Of a DNA stretch of 64,000 bases, positions 20,901 to 34,379 are shown piece after piece. The position numbers and the translations under genes are program-made. The stretch comes from a virus (Duplodnaviria; Caudoviricetes). Every line of letters starts with the position of its first letter. Position 1 is the stretch's first letter. A model generated the notes under the pieces. That model made no database searches. It was given only the letters and a program-made list of their open reading frames with translations, and was not told the DNA's origin. The DNA lies in IMG/VR virus record IMGVR_UViG_3300031867_000032, positions 1 through 64,000 of that record. One strand, written 5' to 3'.

Positions 20901-23900
20901 GTTGCTTTACAGGCGGCTTTAACTTTTGGTATTCCTTTATTATTAGCTGGTTTAGGCGCTGCGGTTGGATATTATCAACAGCAACGAGAGGAAGCAGAAA
21001 AACTAAAGCAAGAACGTTTAGAAGCTTCAAATCAACAAACCGATGAGTTAAAGAAAAATGCAGCAAACATACAAGAGCTTTATAATAATTATAAAGAAAC
21101 AGGAGAAGCGGCTGATGGTTTAAGAGAAGCTCTTGAACAACAAGCTGAAGCTTTAGGTATAGTAGTAACGGCTGCAGATGATTATGATAGTTTAAAACAA
21201 AAAATAGATGAAGCAACAGCTTCTCAATTAGCATATAATGCAGCTTTAAGAGGAGAAGATTCTTCTATCTCAAAAACAACTGCTACCGATGCTGGATTAA
21301 CTTTTGAAGATAAAAAGGCACTAGGAATTGATACGACTTCAGCTTCTTATGTTAGCACGGCTACTGGTCAAATGCAATATCAAGCAGATGGAAGTGTTTC
21401 TGCAGATATAGCAAAAACAGTTGAAAAATCAAAAGAATTAATAGATCTTGAGCAGCAAAGTATTGCAAATCGTAATGCAGAATTGGCTATTTTAGATCGT
21501 GGTAATCCAAAAGAAGAAGAAAAATATCAGTTATTAAAACAGCAAAATACAGAAAGTCAAGATCGAATAGATCGTCTTACTAATTATGTTGAAGGAAATA
21601 AAGATTATTTAGATAATCAATATGCACAAGCTGAAAATAATGTATTATCAGTAGCTTTAAATACAGATCGTTTTAAGGGACAAGAAAATGCTGCTGGTAA
21701 TTTTGAAATAACTTCTTATGAGCAAGCTCTTCAATATGTAAAAAATATTACAGATGAATTAGAAATTACAGAACAACAACAGCAAGAATTAGCTGCAACT
21801 GCTTTAGAATATGCTGGTAATCTTGAAGGCGCCGCGCAAGCTCAATTAGAGATAGCTCAAAATCAAATTGAACAAAATCCTTATGTTTATTCTGGAGTCC
21901 ATGCAGGCGAATCCGGAATGAATAAAATCAATGAATTGGGTGAAAAATTTGATTTATCTAATCAAGCAAAAGCAAAAATATCAGATTTAATAGATTGGTC
22001 TGATACAAATGAGCTAGATGCAAGAATCGCAGATTTAGCTGAAGAAATTGAAGAAGGTTTAAGTCAAGGAATGTCTCTTGATGATATTCTTTCTAAAATG
22101 CAAGAAAATCAAGCGATCGAACTTACAGATGATGAAATTCTTAAGCAAGAACGTGATGATTATGGGTATAATGGAGAAGATTGAGACCGAGATGCAGAAG
22201 GAGTTAAAGATTATGCTGATTCTCTTCAAGAATTGGCAGAAATTTCTGATGAAGTTGCAGATTCATTAAAAGATAATAGAAAAGCTGCTATTAGTATCGC
22301 CGATGCAAATGCTCGATTAACAAAAGGAGTAAAATCTTTACAAGAAAATTGAGAAGATTGAAATGAAATTTTACAAGATAGTTCAAAAGAAGGAACCCAA
22401 GAGTACGCTGAAGCTTTAGAAGGAACTGAAGCAGCATTAAGTAATATTTTTGACTATGATATTAGCGATACTTTTGCAAATTCTACAGCATTTATTAAAG
22501 AACATTTAGACGATATTCAAGCGGCTGCAGATGGTGATGTTGAAGCAATTGATAGATTAAGAGTTGCTGCGGCGACTCAGATTGCTATAGATGCAGGAGT
22601 AGATTTCAGTAATTTAACTGCAGATCAACAACGTATTTGAGATGAAGTTATTAATTATCCTTATGATGATATAGAAATAGGTGCTGCTTTAGATACCACA
22701 GCAGTTTGACCAGTTTTGCAACAAATGCAAGATCAACTTGGGTTAACAACTCAAGAAATGCAGAAAATTTTAGATTCATTAGGATTTGAGCCAAAAATTG
22801 ACTATTTAGAGGTTCCAGCTGATGCTATTCAAAAAGATGAAGTTACAGATACTGGTACTTATACAGATGATAAAGGTCAAACTTATACCTTTGAATTAAG
22901 TTCTGTATTAAATGGAGATACAAATACTTCTGTAAAGATTCCAATAATTAGTGGTTCAAGAACAACTTATCAAGGTGGAGGAAGTGTTGCTCCGCCAAAC
23001 ATTTCTAGTAAAGGTGGTTCTTGTTTTGTGGCTGGTACTTTAATTACCACTTTAACTGGCTTCTCTCCGATAGAACAAATCAAACAAGGGGATATAGTTC
23101 TTTCTTATAATGAATCACTTCATCAACTTGAATATAGTACGGTAGTTCAGACTATGATCCATGATGTTATAGAACCTATTTATACTCTATATATTAAAAA
23201 TGAACAATTAAGAGTTACTAGTATTCACCGCTTCTTAATTTCTCGTGATATTTTCCATTCAGCTCCACAATGAGTACCTGCGACAGACCTCCAAATTGGT
23301 GATTGGATGTTCTTCGCAGATGGCACGTGACATTTAATTTATAACATTGAAGTTAATGTTGAACATCAAATTGTCTATAATTTTGAAGTAGCTGGAAATC
23401 ACAATTACTACGTTGGCCGCAACCAAATTCTTGCTCACAATAAGGGTGGAGGAAAATCCTGCTTTGTAGCTGGCACTTTAATCTCTACTTCTTTTGGATA
23501 TAAGCCTATTGAATTAATTAAACCTAATGATCTTGTACTTTCTTATAATGAATCATTATATCAAAATGAATATAGTAAAGCTGTTCAGACCATGATTCAT
23601 GATACTATAGAACCAATTTATACCTTATATATTAAGAATGAACAATTAAAAGTTACTGGTATCCACAGATTCTTAGTTTCTAAAGATATTAGTTTTGAAC
23701 CACAATGAATTGCCGCACAAGATTTACAAATTGGTGATTGAGTATTATTAGCTGATAGTACTTGACATTTAATTTGAAAGATTGAAGTTAATCTTGAACA
23801 TCAAATTGTTTATAATTTTGAGGTGGCGGGAAATCATAATTACTACGTTGGCCGCAATCAAATTCTTGCTCACAATAAAGGCGGAAGTGGCAAAAAAGGT

Positions 23901-26900
23901 GGCGGTAGTGGTAGTGGTCAAAAACCTAAAACTGCTAAGAAAAAAGAAGCAGAAAAAGCTGAAAAGAAATATTATGAAGAAGTAGATAAGCAATTAGAAC
24001 AAACAGAAAAAACACTTAAATCTTTAGAAAAAGTTACAGATAAATTAACAGGTACGCAAGCTAGAGCTAAACAAAATGAACAATTAAAATTACTTCAAAA
24101 AGAAAAAGATCTTCAAGAAAAGAAATTAAAAATTCTCCAAGAGCAAGAAAAAGTTGATGTATCAACCGCAATTAAAAAAGCTGATAAAGATTTTGAAGAT
24201 TTACTTAAAAAACAAGGTGTTAATTTTAATCTTTTAGACTTTACATTTGATGAAGAAGGCTTTATTGATAATCTTGATTCTGTTAGAGAATCTATAGCAA
24301 ATGGTATAAATAAATTAAATGACCAATATAATGCTATAATTGGCGATGATGGAGAAGTCACTGACGAAGAGCAAGAACGATTAAAAGCCCTTGACGAAGA
24401 AATTCAAAAACTTGAAAAATTAGGTAAAGAAGTAGAAAAAAATGGTACTCGTTATAATGAAATTGTTATAGAAGAACAAGAAATTCAAGATGAAATGCAA
24501 GAAATTCAAGACCAAATGCAAGATATTGCAATTGACGCCTATAAAGCTTCTCAAGAAGCAATCGATAACTTAAAAGATTTAAGAAAAGAATGGGCTAAAT
24601 TTAGTGCAGGTCTTTATGATTCTTCTAAAGGGGAATCTTTCTTATCTTTGGATAATCCAATTCGTCAATTAAAAGAAATAGAAAATGAAATAAGTTCTAT
24701 CTATACAGTTTCTGGGACTGAAGCTAGAAAATATTATGATGATGTTATCGCTCAGCAACAAAAATATTTAGAGAATGCAAAAACTGCGGATGAGCAGCAA
24801 GCTTATAAAGATGCTATCGAATATTATGAAAAATTAAGAGATAGCATTGATGATGGTGCAATTCTTAATAATGGTTTAATGCAAGTTGCCTTAAATGATC
24901 TTACTAGACTTCAAGAAATTTGAAATAATTGAAATGATGAAGGCGGCAATGGTTTCTTTGGAGACGATAAAGCTGCACTTGAAAAAGCTCTTGAAGATGC
25001 TCAAAAACGTGTAATGGAATTTGCTCAAGATTTTGAAGAACTGATTGAAGATTTAAAAGATGCAACATTAGATATTGTAGATCATACTATGGAGCAATGA
25101 GATCGGCAACTTGATAGATATGACAGAGTTATTGATCAATTAGATAGATATTCTGATACTTATTCATTAATTTATGGTGACGCTTCATATGATATGCAAG
25201 AAGCGGTTTTAAGTCAACAAGCTCAAACATTAAAGAGTGAGTTAGATGCAGCTCAAGAAGCTTATCTAGCAGCTAATACTTATTATCTAGAAGCTTATGA
25301 GAAATTCGTTGATAAGAGCACAGGCTTAGCCAAAGAAGGCTATGAAGACTATATGTACGAACTTGAAGAAGCTATGAATGATGCTGAGGATAAAGTTCGA
25401 GATATAGCTGCGGATGCCGCAGAAAAATTCTCAGAAGCTTTTGAAGCCGCAGTTATGGCTAGCACACAATATATTCTTCGTAACACAATAGGCGAAAATG
25501 ATTTTGAACATTCTGATCGTAATTGAGAATGAGACAAAGAATATATTGACAAGTATAAAGATGGCGTTGAAAAAGCATATGAAATGGACAAGCTCCGCAA
25601 TAGATATATTGATATGCTTAATAATGCACAAGGTGCTTCTTTACAAACTCAAAATAAAATTCGTGCACAAATGCAAGAACAACTTGATCTCTTGGATGGA
25701 CAAAAGACTGTTTCTGAATATGATGTTAAGCTTGCAAATGCTAAATTAGAAATTCTTCAAAAACAAATTGCTCTTGAAGATGCTCAACGTAATAAGAATA
25801 AGATGCAATTACGTAGAGATACACAAGGTAATTATAGATACGTCTATACAGCTGATAAAGATAATGTTGATCAAGCTCAACAAGAATTACTTGATTCTGA
25901 ATATGATGCTTATGAAATGAGTAAGCAACAACAGATGAATAATTATGATGACATGATTAATGCTTATAAACGTTATCTAAGTCAACGAGAAGAAATTTTA
26001 ACAAATAATAATTTATCTGAGGCTCAAAAGATGGAGCAGATTAAAGAACTTTGAGATAGATTCCAAAAATATGTTAATGCTGCACAAGAAGATTTTGGTG
26101 ATGCAACCGCAGGTACCGTAGATATTCTTCAATGATTAGTTGTAAATGGTACTGATTATACAGCAACAGCTGCTACAGATATGTTAAATCAGCTATTAGA
26201 TGCAGAAGGCAATGTAGCTGAACAATCTGGTGTTATTTGGATGGATTTAGCTAATAATATGGCGAATGAAGTTATTCCAAGTATTGCAGATGCTGTTACT
26301 ACAGCTGATGATGTTATTGAACAAAAATTAGTTCAAACTGGAATTGCACTTGTTGGAGAAGATGGTACTGGTGGAGTATTTGGTGAAGTTTCTAATGGAG
26401 CCAATGATTTCGGTGATCAATGTGAAATGGCTGCAAACCAAACAGCAATTTTAGCTGAGCAATCAAATAAATTAAAAGAAGCTTTATTAGGTGACTCTGA
26501 TGCTTTTGTAGAAACTCAAGGAAAATTAGCCTCTTATCAAAAACAGTTAGAGGATGTAGCAGAAGCTTCTTCTAATACGGCTAGAGCTTTGAGAGATACA
26601 CAAAATGCTTTAGACAAAGCAAATGCTGAAAAACTTAATTATAAAACTCAGATTGATAGATTACTTTCTGGTCAAGATATTATTGTTAATCATAAAATTG
26701 TTGATGCTGAAGAATACAGAAGACAACAAGAAGAAGAAAAAAGAAAACAGCAACAACGAAGTAGCGGTGGCGGCGGTGGCAGAAACGCTCTAGCAGATGC
26801 AAGAGCCATTTGATACCACGGTGCATGAGGTAATGGAGGAAACTGGTATACTCCATATTCTCGACAATTCGGAACAGCTGCGGCAAATAAAGTTCTTTGA

Positions 26901-27287
26901 TATTTCAATCATGGTTATGGATATAATTTTGATTTTGATACCGGTGGTTATACTGGCGAATGGAATCAAGGAGAAGGTGTAAGTAGTCATAAGAATGGTA
27001 AATTAGCTTTCTTACATCAAAAAGAACTTATTTTAAATGCACAAGACACAGAGAATATATTATCTGCTGTTTCTATGGTAAGAAGTCTTGCAAATTCAGC
27101 TCAAGCTTCTATGAACAATATTAATACTGCGGCCTCTGGCAATATTAATAGCATATATAATCCTGTTACAGAACAAAGAGTTGATATTCAAGCTTCATTC
27201 CCCAATGCGACAGATGCAGAAGATATACGTCAAGCTCTTATTGGTTTATCTGATAGAGCTTATCAGTATGCTCATCGTGTAATTTAG
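17931..27287 (+). CDS. Tape measure protein, 3118 aa, with two tandem Hint domains
   Basis: Eleven track fragments share one frame when TGA=Trp; N-terminal tape-measure-type helical region, long coiled coil, C-terminal FDTGGYTGEW...LAFLHQKELILN motif. Confidence 0.9.
23022..23441 (+). other. Hint (bacterial intein-like/PT-HINT type) domain 1 in the tape measure protein, 140 aa
   Basis: Starts CFVAGT, block B VTSIH, ends VYNFEVAGNHNYYVGRNQILAHN followed by Lys. Confidence 0.9.
23460..23876 (+). other. Hint domain 2 (tandem duplicate), 139 aa
   Basis: Starts CFVAGT, block B VTGIH, identical C-terminal VYNFEVAGNHNYYVGRNQILAHN followed by Lys; separated from Hint 1 by KGGGKS. Confidence 0.9.
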
Positions 27288-27354
27288 GGTGAAAATAAAT
27301 AAATCTTATATATTACTTTTGATTTAAAAAAGAGTGAGATATAAGGAAATTCCT

Positions 27355-27389
27355 ACGGGAGAGTTATATTTTAACTCTCCCGTTTTTTA
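27355..27389 (+). terminator. Intrinsic terminator after the tape measure gene
   Basis: ACGGGAGAGTTA/TAACTCTCCCGT stem followed by a T-tract. Confidence 0.8.
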
Positions 27390-27411
27390 TTTAGAGAAAA
27401 GGAGCGCATGT

Positions 27412-30400
27412 ATGGCGATAAATAGTTCTAGTTTACAAGAAACTATTCTTAAAGCAATTGACGCTGTTGTCACACAGCGCAATAATGAGTTAAAATTAGA
27501 TAAAACAGTTACCGGCACCATTAAAAAGAATGTTGGAATGAGAGACGGAAAACCCATTTATCAAGTTCAATATAGTGGTGGTATATTTAATGCAATCGCT
27601 CAAAGTACAAATGATTCTTATCTACCAAATCAATCTGTTTATGTAATGGTGCCTGAAAATAATTTTTCAAAAGAAAAAATTATTATAGGACGTGCATCTA
27701 AAATTCAAACAGACCGTTCACGAAGTGTTGTGGCAGCCGCAGTTAATAAATATTCTATTATAGGTGCAAATTTATTAAAATCTACAAATGATAATAATAT
27801 TTCTAATATACAATTTGGGTTAAGATCTTATCATCCATCTGCGTATGATAATCATGGGATTGATCATCGAGCTCAATTTTTATATCAAGCAAATTCTGAT
27901 TCTAATTTAATAGACTTTAGTAATGATAGGCTGAATGTCTATAAAGAAGATACAACTGCTATTATGATTAAAGCAGATTTTTTAACTAACCTTTCAGCTG
28001 AACAAAAAATGCAATCTGGTGCACGATATGGATTAATCTTTAATTTTGCTTTTGATAACTTAAATAAAAGTTTTGGTGAAACCAATAGAGAAATTTTAGA
28101 AAATGCCGCGAAGATTGTAATTGGACAATATGAACAAGTTACATATTTAGATGATAAAACATCTGTGGCAGAAACTAAAAGTTCTTCTCTATTGGATATA
28201 ATAGAAGATTTTGAAAATTCATTAGAATTAAATAATAGTATTAATTATTATACACAAGATAATACAGGTAAAATTGATCAAACTATTGAGTATATTCAAT
28301 CAATATATAATAATTTTCAAAATACTAGTCCTGAATTAGATAAAGATATTATTGGAAATATTATTTCAGCTTATTTAAATTTATTAAATGATTTAAAAAA
28401 ATATAAAACATTATTTAAAATAAATGAAGATTATCAACTTTGGTTAGCAGAAGTTGTAGGAGACGGTGATCAAAAATATGAACAGTTTGTCTTGACCTCT
28501 GATAATATGATTGGTAATCCTTTTAATTTTTCAGAATGAAATACTCAATATTCTGTCTTTAAAATTGATTTAGAAACTTTTAATCACTTAGAAAGTATTT
28601 TATTTTATAAAGAAGGCTTTATAGAAAACGTTGTCGAAGAGCAGCGTTGACCTATTGGTAGCAATGGCGGAGGGCCAGATATATTTGTAAAAAATTTACA
28701 GATATATGCTATGAATCCTTTAGATAATCAGTCTGGAGATTATGTTATTAAAGTAGAACCTTCTAATGGTCAAGATGCTATTATTTCTAATAGTAATCCT
28801 AATACACAATTTAGAGCCACTATTTTAAGAAAAATGTATGAAGATTTAAGTCGTAATGATAATATGCATTATCTTTGATTTAAAGAAGATTCTACTATTA
28901 TTTCTAGTAATTCTGAAGGATACCATTATTTAGGTGGAGCAGGATGAAGAAAATTAGAACATAATGAATCTGGTTGACTTTTTTCTGTAAATGAAAATAA
29001 AAAGAGTGGTGTATCTATACAAGATAATAAAGCCTATAAAAATAATTATAAATGTGTTGCAATTTATGAGCCAAATGCTGATGATAAAACAATATTATCT
29101 TGCATATTTTCTATTTACAATGAAGATGCCGCAATTGATTTAAAACTAATTTCTGACATAGGAACTCAATTTAGTTTTGATGCGGGAGCTCCTCTTATTA
29201 CTGTTTTAATTAATGAAAACAGAATGAAGAGCGAAGAGTTTAAAGAAGTAGGCTTTAATCCTGAAGCAGAAGGTAAAGATCGTTTATATAAATATGATTG
29301 AGCCATTGCAGATTCTGCAAACGAACAAGTTCTTTTCTTAGACGAAATTTTTAAAGAAGTTAAAATGCCAGAGGTAGAATCTGTTCAAGATGCTATCCTA
29401 ATTAGTGCAAGAAAAGACTTATTGAAAAAAATTAAATCATATGTTGCTTATATGAAAACAGGAGAGACAGAATTAACTGTTGAAGAAGTAATTGAAGCAT
29501 ATAAGGCAACAAGAATTGTATATCCTGTTTCAATAGGAAGCTCAGGATTTACTGTATATTGTTATTTAAAGAAATATGAAAACGGCTTTTATTACGATGT
29601 AGGCTCCACATCTCTAAGTTTTGTAAATCAAGATTCAGAAATTTTTTCTGACTACAGAATTGTAATTGAAAATGGAGATCAAGTTTTCCAATATGACGAG
29701 TATGGAAAAAGTCCTTGCTCGGAAAGTAAAAAAGATCCTGTAGTAGTTCAGCCATTAAAGGCAAAACTATTTACGCCATCTGGACTTGAAGTAGAAAACT
29801 CAAATTATACAGTTGAATGAATTTTTCCAATAGAAGATTCCATGTTATTAACTAGTAATACTTTAAGTTTAAATCCTGCAACAAAAATAGTTGAACTTCA
29901 TAAAGGATATGAATTAACTTTTAATATTGCTGATTTATATAACCCCGATGCATATAATAATCAAGTTACATGTCATATTGCTTTTAATGGAAAAGACTAT
30001 TATAAAGACACTAATCTTTACATTGGTAAACAAGGTAATAATGGAACGAATGGCACAGATGTTGTTGTAAAAATTGATCCTGCGGGAACTGATCCTTCAG
30101 GAATATTAACCGAACAACCACTAACACTTTATGTTCAAAAAACAAATCTTTCCGCGAATGCAATGTGGAATATTGATAGTTCTAGACGATTAAATCCAAC
30201 TGTTAATTTAATTGATGATATTTTAGGATTAAAATTAAACGTCTATCAAAAAGGAGTTTTATTAGGTCCTGATAGTTATAAAGCAGGGTATCCAAAATGA
30301 AATCTTGCAGGAAATCCTAGCGAAACATTGCAAAAAAATGGAAAGTTTTTTACAATTGGTGAACAATCTACACAATTACAATGAAATTATGATATCCAAA

Positions 30401-33400
30401 ATGATAATCAGCATTATCGTTTACAGAATATTCGTGCGGAAGTTGTTTTAAGCGAAGATCAAACTTATTATGGCTTTTTCTCATTACCAATTATTGAATA
30501 TGAAAATCTTGGTGGTTTAAATGTAGCAAGTTTATTATTAAAAAATAGAATTGCCATAGATAAAAAATATTATTTAAAAGAGATTATTTATAATCAAGAT
30601 GGCCGCAATCCTGTTTATAATCATAATCAAGGATTAAAATTAATTAATTTACCACCAAATATTAATAGAATAGTTTTTAAAGCTAAAGGTGGATGAGATG
30701 CTCAAAAAAATACTTCTGGTAGTATTTCTAAAGTAATAGAAGATACTCCTGATTTTCTTCTTCTTTTGGAGAAAGATAATAATGAAGTTGTAGCACAACA
30801 AGAAATAGAAATAACCAATATAAATAAAGAAGCAATGGTTTACGTCATTCCAAATGATACTTATAATGGAAGTCAAACTAACAATAGAATAGAAGCTAGA
30901 TTATATAATATTAATAATGATTTAGTAGCTACTGTTTATGCTCCTATCCATATGGCTTTAAATACTTTCGGATTAGCATCTCTTAATGCATGAGATGGTA
31001 ATACTGTAAAAATAGATGAAGATAATGGATACGTCATGGCTCCGCAAGTAGGTGCTGGTGAAAAAGACTCTAATAATCGTTTCACTGGTGTTTTAATGGG
31101 TAAAACAGAAACATATACTGGTGGTGCAGATAATGAAAAAGAAGTAGGATTATTTGGATATACTCATGGTATTCAATCAATTTTCTTAGATTCTGAAACA
31201 GGAGACGCTACTTTTGGATTGCCAGATGGATATACTTTTAATGAAGAAAGTGGAACACCAGTTCCAACTTTAGAAGGAGATACCTACAATGAGGGTCGCA
31301 TTGAATTGCGTCCTGGAGCTGTTAGTAAAATAGGTGGTTGGCGATTAGGTCGCCGCAGCATTTATTATACGATGACCCCAGATCCAAAAGAAGATAAATC
31401 TAAATACATAAATGGTATAAAAACTATAACTAATTTTGGATATAAGTATTCAGGAGAAATTGGCCCTAAATATGAAGGAGATATGGGAACTCCTGGTAAA
31501 AAAAATTATGCTGCTCATCATGAAAAAGATATTAAAACATCAGATGGAGGATTGTTACTTTCTGCAAATCCAGCTTATATCTCTATTAAAGGTAAAAAAT
31601 TAGGCTATGATGATATTAATACTGGATTGAATAGTAATTTGTATATTGGAGATTCATTAGAAATGCAATTAGACCCTCAAACTCCAACTCTTTTTACTAT
31701 TTTTAGACATAATGGTCCATCAAGAGCTTATCCTGGAAAACGTTTTTATTTAGCTGGTATCAACGATAAAGGAGAATTAATTGCCAATGGTACCGCGACA
31801 GATGATGGTTCTGGAACAGGTACTAAATCTGGTGTAAATACTTTAAAAGCATTTAAGGATAATTTAAATTCTGACGCTTCTTACGTAGGATCAATGTTTG
31901 AAGCTGGACATAACGCTGCAAGTACAAAAGTATTTCTTCAAATGTTTAGAGAGCGACCTACAGATGATGCAGATTCAAAAGGTGCTTCTACTCAAGTATA
32001 TATAACAGGAGGTCAACAGACTACTTCTGGAGACTTTACGAGCAATTCAGTTTCAGGCGATGAATATGGTAGACCGATTAGTATTCATGGTCAAAGTCTT
32101 ATTTTATATGCCAGAACAAGTGAAGATGATTCTAAACAATATATTACCGTAGGAGACGATCCTATAAGAGGCGAGTATATTAAAACATCTGATGGTAAAT
32201 ATGAGGCAATAATTAGAGATCCGGATACAAATGAAATAATGAATCCAGCAGATGAATATTATGTTATGAAAGGTTTTAATTATCCTGAGACAGACGCAAA
32301 CATTAAAATTTCTACTAATGAAGCTCAAATTAATTTAGGTCCAAGTACTCAATTATATTTAAAGCGTAAGCAAGAAGATGCAGATAAAGGAGATGGCTCA
32401 AAAGAAAAAGTTGGACCTAGTATACTAAAAACAACAGGTGCCTTCAATTGAGAAATTGGAACTGAGGGTAGAAAAGCTAATTTAAATATAAACGCTGCGG
32501 AGTTAACTGAAAATTATACTGAAATCATTCAAAATGTTAATGGACCAACAGAAATTAATAATAGTAAATTATATCAAATTAATGGTAAAGATGATATTAA
32601 ATTATTTAGAGGAACTACAGTTGATGCTGGAGATGATGATAATAAGAATACCATTTATTCTCAATTAACATTGACTAATAATGAAGCTACTTTTGGATTA
32701 AATGCAAAAAGTTTCATAACTTTAAAAGATGAAGCTGATGAAGAAAGCAAATGAGAAACAATCGGAAAACTTTCTTTAATTTCAACTAGAAATAGTGATA
32801 AAACCGGTGCCAATATATTTATTCATTCAAATCAAATAGGTTCTGGAACAGCTCATAATGAAGATACATTACCTCAAATTCAGTTATCAGCAGGAGCAAT
32901 CAATTCTAGTATAGTTAATGATGAAACTATTTATAATGGAAATCAAGTATCTATTTATTTAAATAGTAGCAATAATAATTGATCAAATTCTGAACCAATA
33001 GGAAATGAAAAAAATAATTCTCAAATTGGGGGAAGCGAAAAAATAGATGGAGTTCCTTTTGAGATTCGAGTTCAAAATTATAATTATAATAATAAAGAAA
33101 AAAAATATAGCTCAGCTCAAAACAGAACTATTTCCATTAGAACAAATAAAATTTATGATCATCAAAATCATACAGCTACTCAATTATATACTTTTAGAGT
33201 AGGTATGTCTGCAAAAGTTGTAGGTGGTATTGAATTAACCGATGGTTATGCTGGTGTATCAGGAGGAAGTAATTTTAGTATTTGAGCGGCTAGAGGTATC
33301 CATACAGAATGACAAGCTGATTGAATTAATTTTGGTTTAACTAATTTTTCTGGTTTTAGAAGAGGACCTATTTATCATAATAACGATGGAGGATATTATT

Positions 33401-33822
33401 CTGTTGATGGTATAACAACATTAAAAGAAGCTATCGACAATTGTCTTAAAGCTGCGGGAGCAGCAAAAAGTGCAGCAGACGCTGCTCAGTCTACAGCAAA
33501 TAGTGCTCTTAGTATTGCTACTAATCATAAACATACTTTTACAGTCTCTCATAGCACAAAAACTATGAAAACAATTAAAGATATTGATTATAAAACAAAA
33601 ACTTTTTCAGCGGTAAAAGATGGCGATAATGTAACATTAAATTCTGTTGTAAGTAGTATTGGAAATGTTGTAGCATTAAGAGATTTTACTTTATCTGCAG
33701 ATAATCAAGGATATTCTCAAGTCAAAATAAATGAAAAAGAAGAGTCTTTTGAGAAATTAGACCCCAATCCCGCTACTGGAACATATGAATGAACTTCGAG
33801 TGGTCCTAGTTGATCATCTTAA
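27412..33822 (+). CDS. Very large tail tip/baseplate protein, 2136 aa
   Basis: AAAGGAG RBS; continuous frame with TGA=Trp, gaps between track fragments read by hand; beta-rich; APQVGAGEKD...TGVLMG and IGGWRLG motifs seen in siphophage tail-tip proteins. Confidence 0.65.
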
Positions 33823-33853
33823 CTGGTAAAAAATAAAAAGGAGATAAAAGGAT

Positions 33854-34087
33854 ATGAATTTACAAACACGTTTAGAGCTTCAAGGCTCATTACAAAATTG
33901 AGTTGATTCTACTATGAATCAATTTAATATTTCAGCAGCTCAAATGGAAGATGCTATGTCAAAAGTAATATTAAATCTCAAAGATAAAGTTTTGCAAGAT
34001 TATCTTTTAGAACAACAACAAGCTTATCAAGAAGCCATGGCATCTTCTTCTATTCCAGAAGAACAGGAGGAAGATGTAGATGGCTAG
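33854..34087 (+). CDS. Hypothetical protein, 77 aa
   Basis: GGAG RBS; one TGA; overlaps the next start. Confidence 0.6.
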
Positions 34088-34361
34088 AATTACTGATATT
34101 ATATATCATAGAACAGAAGAACAAAATACTAATAATGATATTGAATATAATATTGGAACAACTTTTGATCAAGTTCACGTTGCGAAAGATAATAATTTTA
34201 CATTAGCTGGAGTAGTAAACTATCTTAAAACTTTTTTCAATAAGCAAATGCATATGATTTATCAAGGAGCAGAGCCTCAAAACTTAAAAGTAATGGAATG
34301 GTATGCTGTTGGCGGAGATATTGAAACAGATGATGCTCCAACAGCTGCTGCAAATAATTAA
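34080..34361 (+). CDS. Hypothetical tail-module protein, 93 aa
   Basis: GGAGG RBS within the upstream gene; intact ORF. Confidence 0.65.
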   Translation: MARITDIIYHRTEEQNTNNDIEYNIGTTFDQVHVAKDNNFTLAGVVNYLKTFFNKQMHMIYQGAEPQNLKVMEWYAVGGDIETDDAPTAAANN

Positions 34362-34379
34362 AAGAAAGGAGGATAAAAT

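Noticed and set aside
23022-23876. Canonical splicing inteins or mobile homing inteins
   Set aside because: The +1 residue is Lys in both and no endonuclease domain is present; better described as BIL/PT-HINT domains
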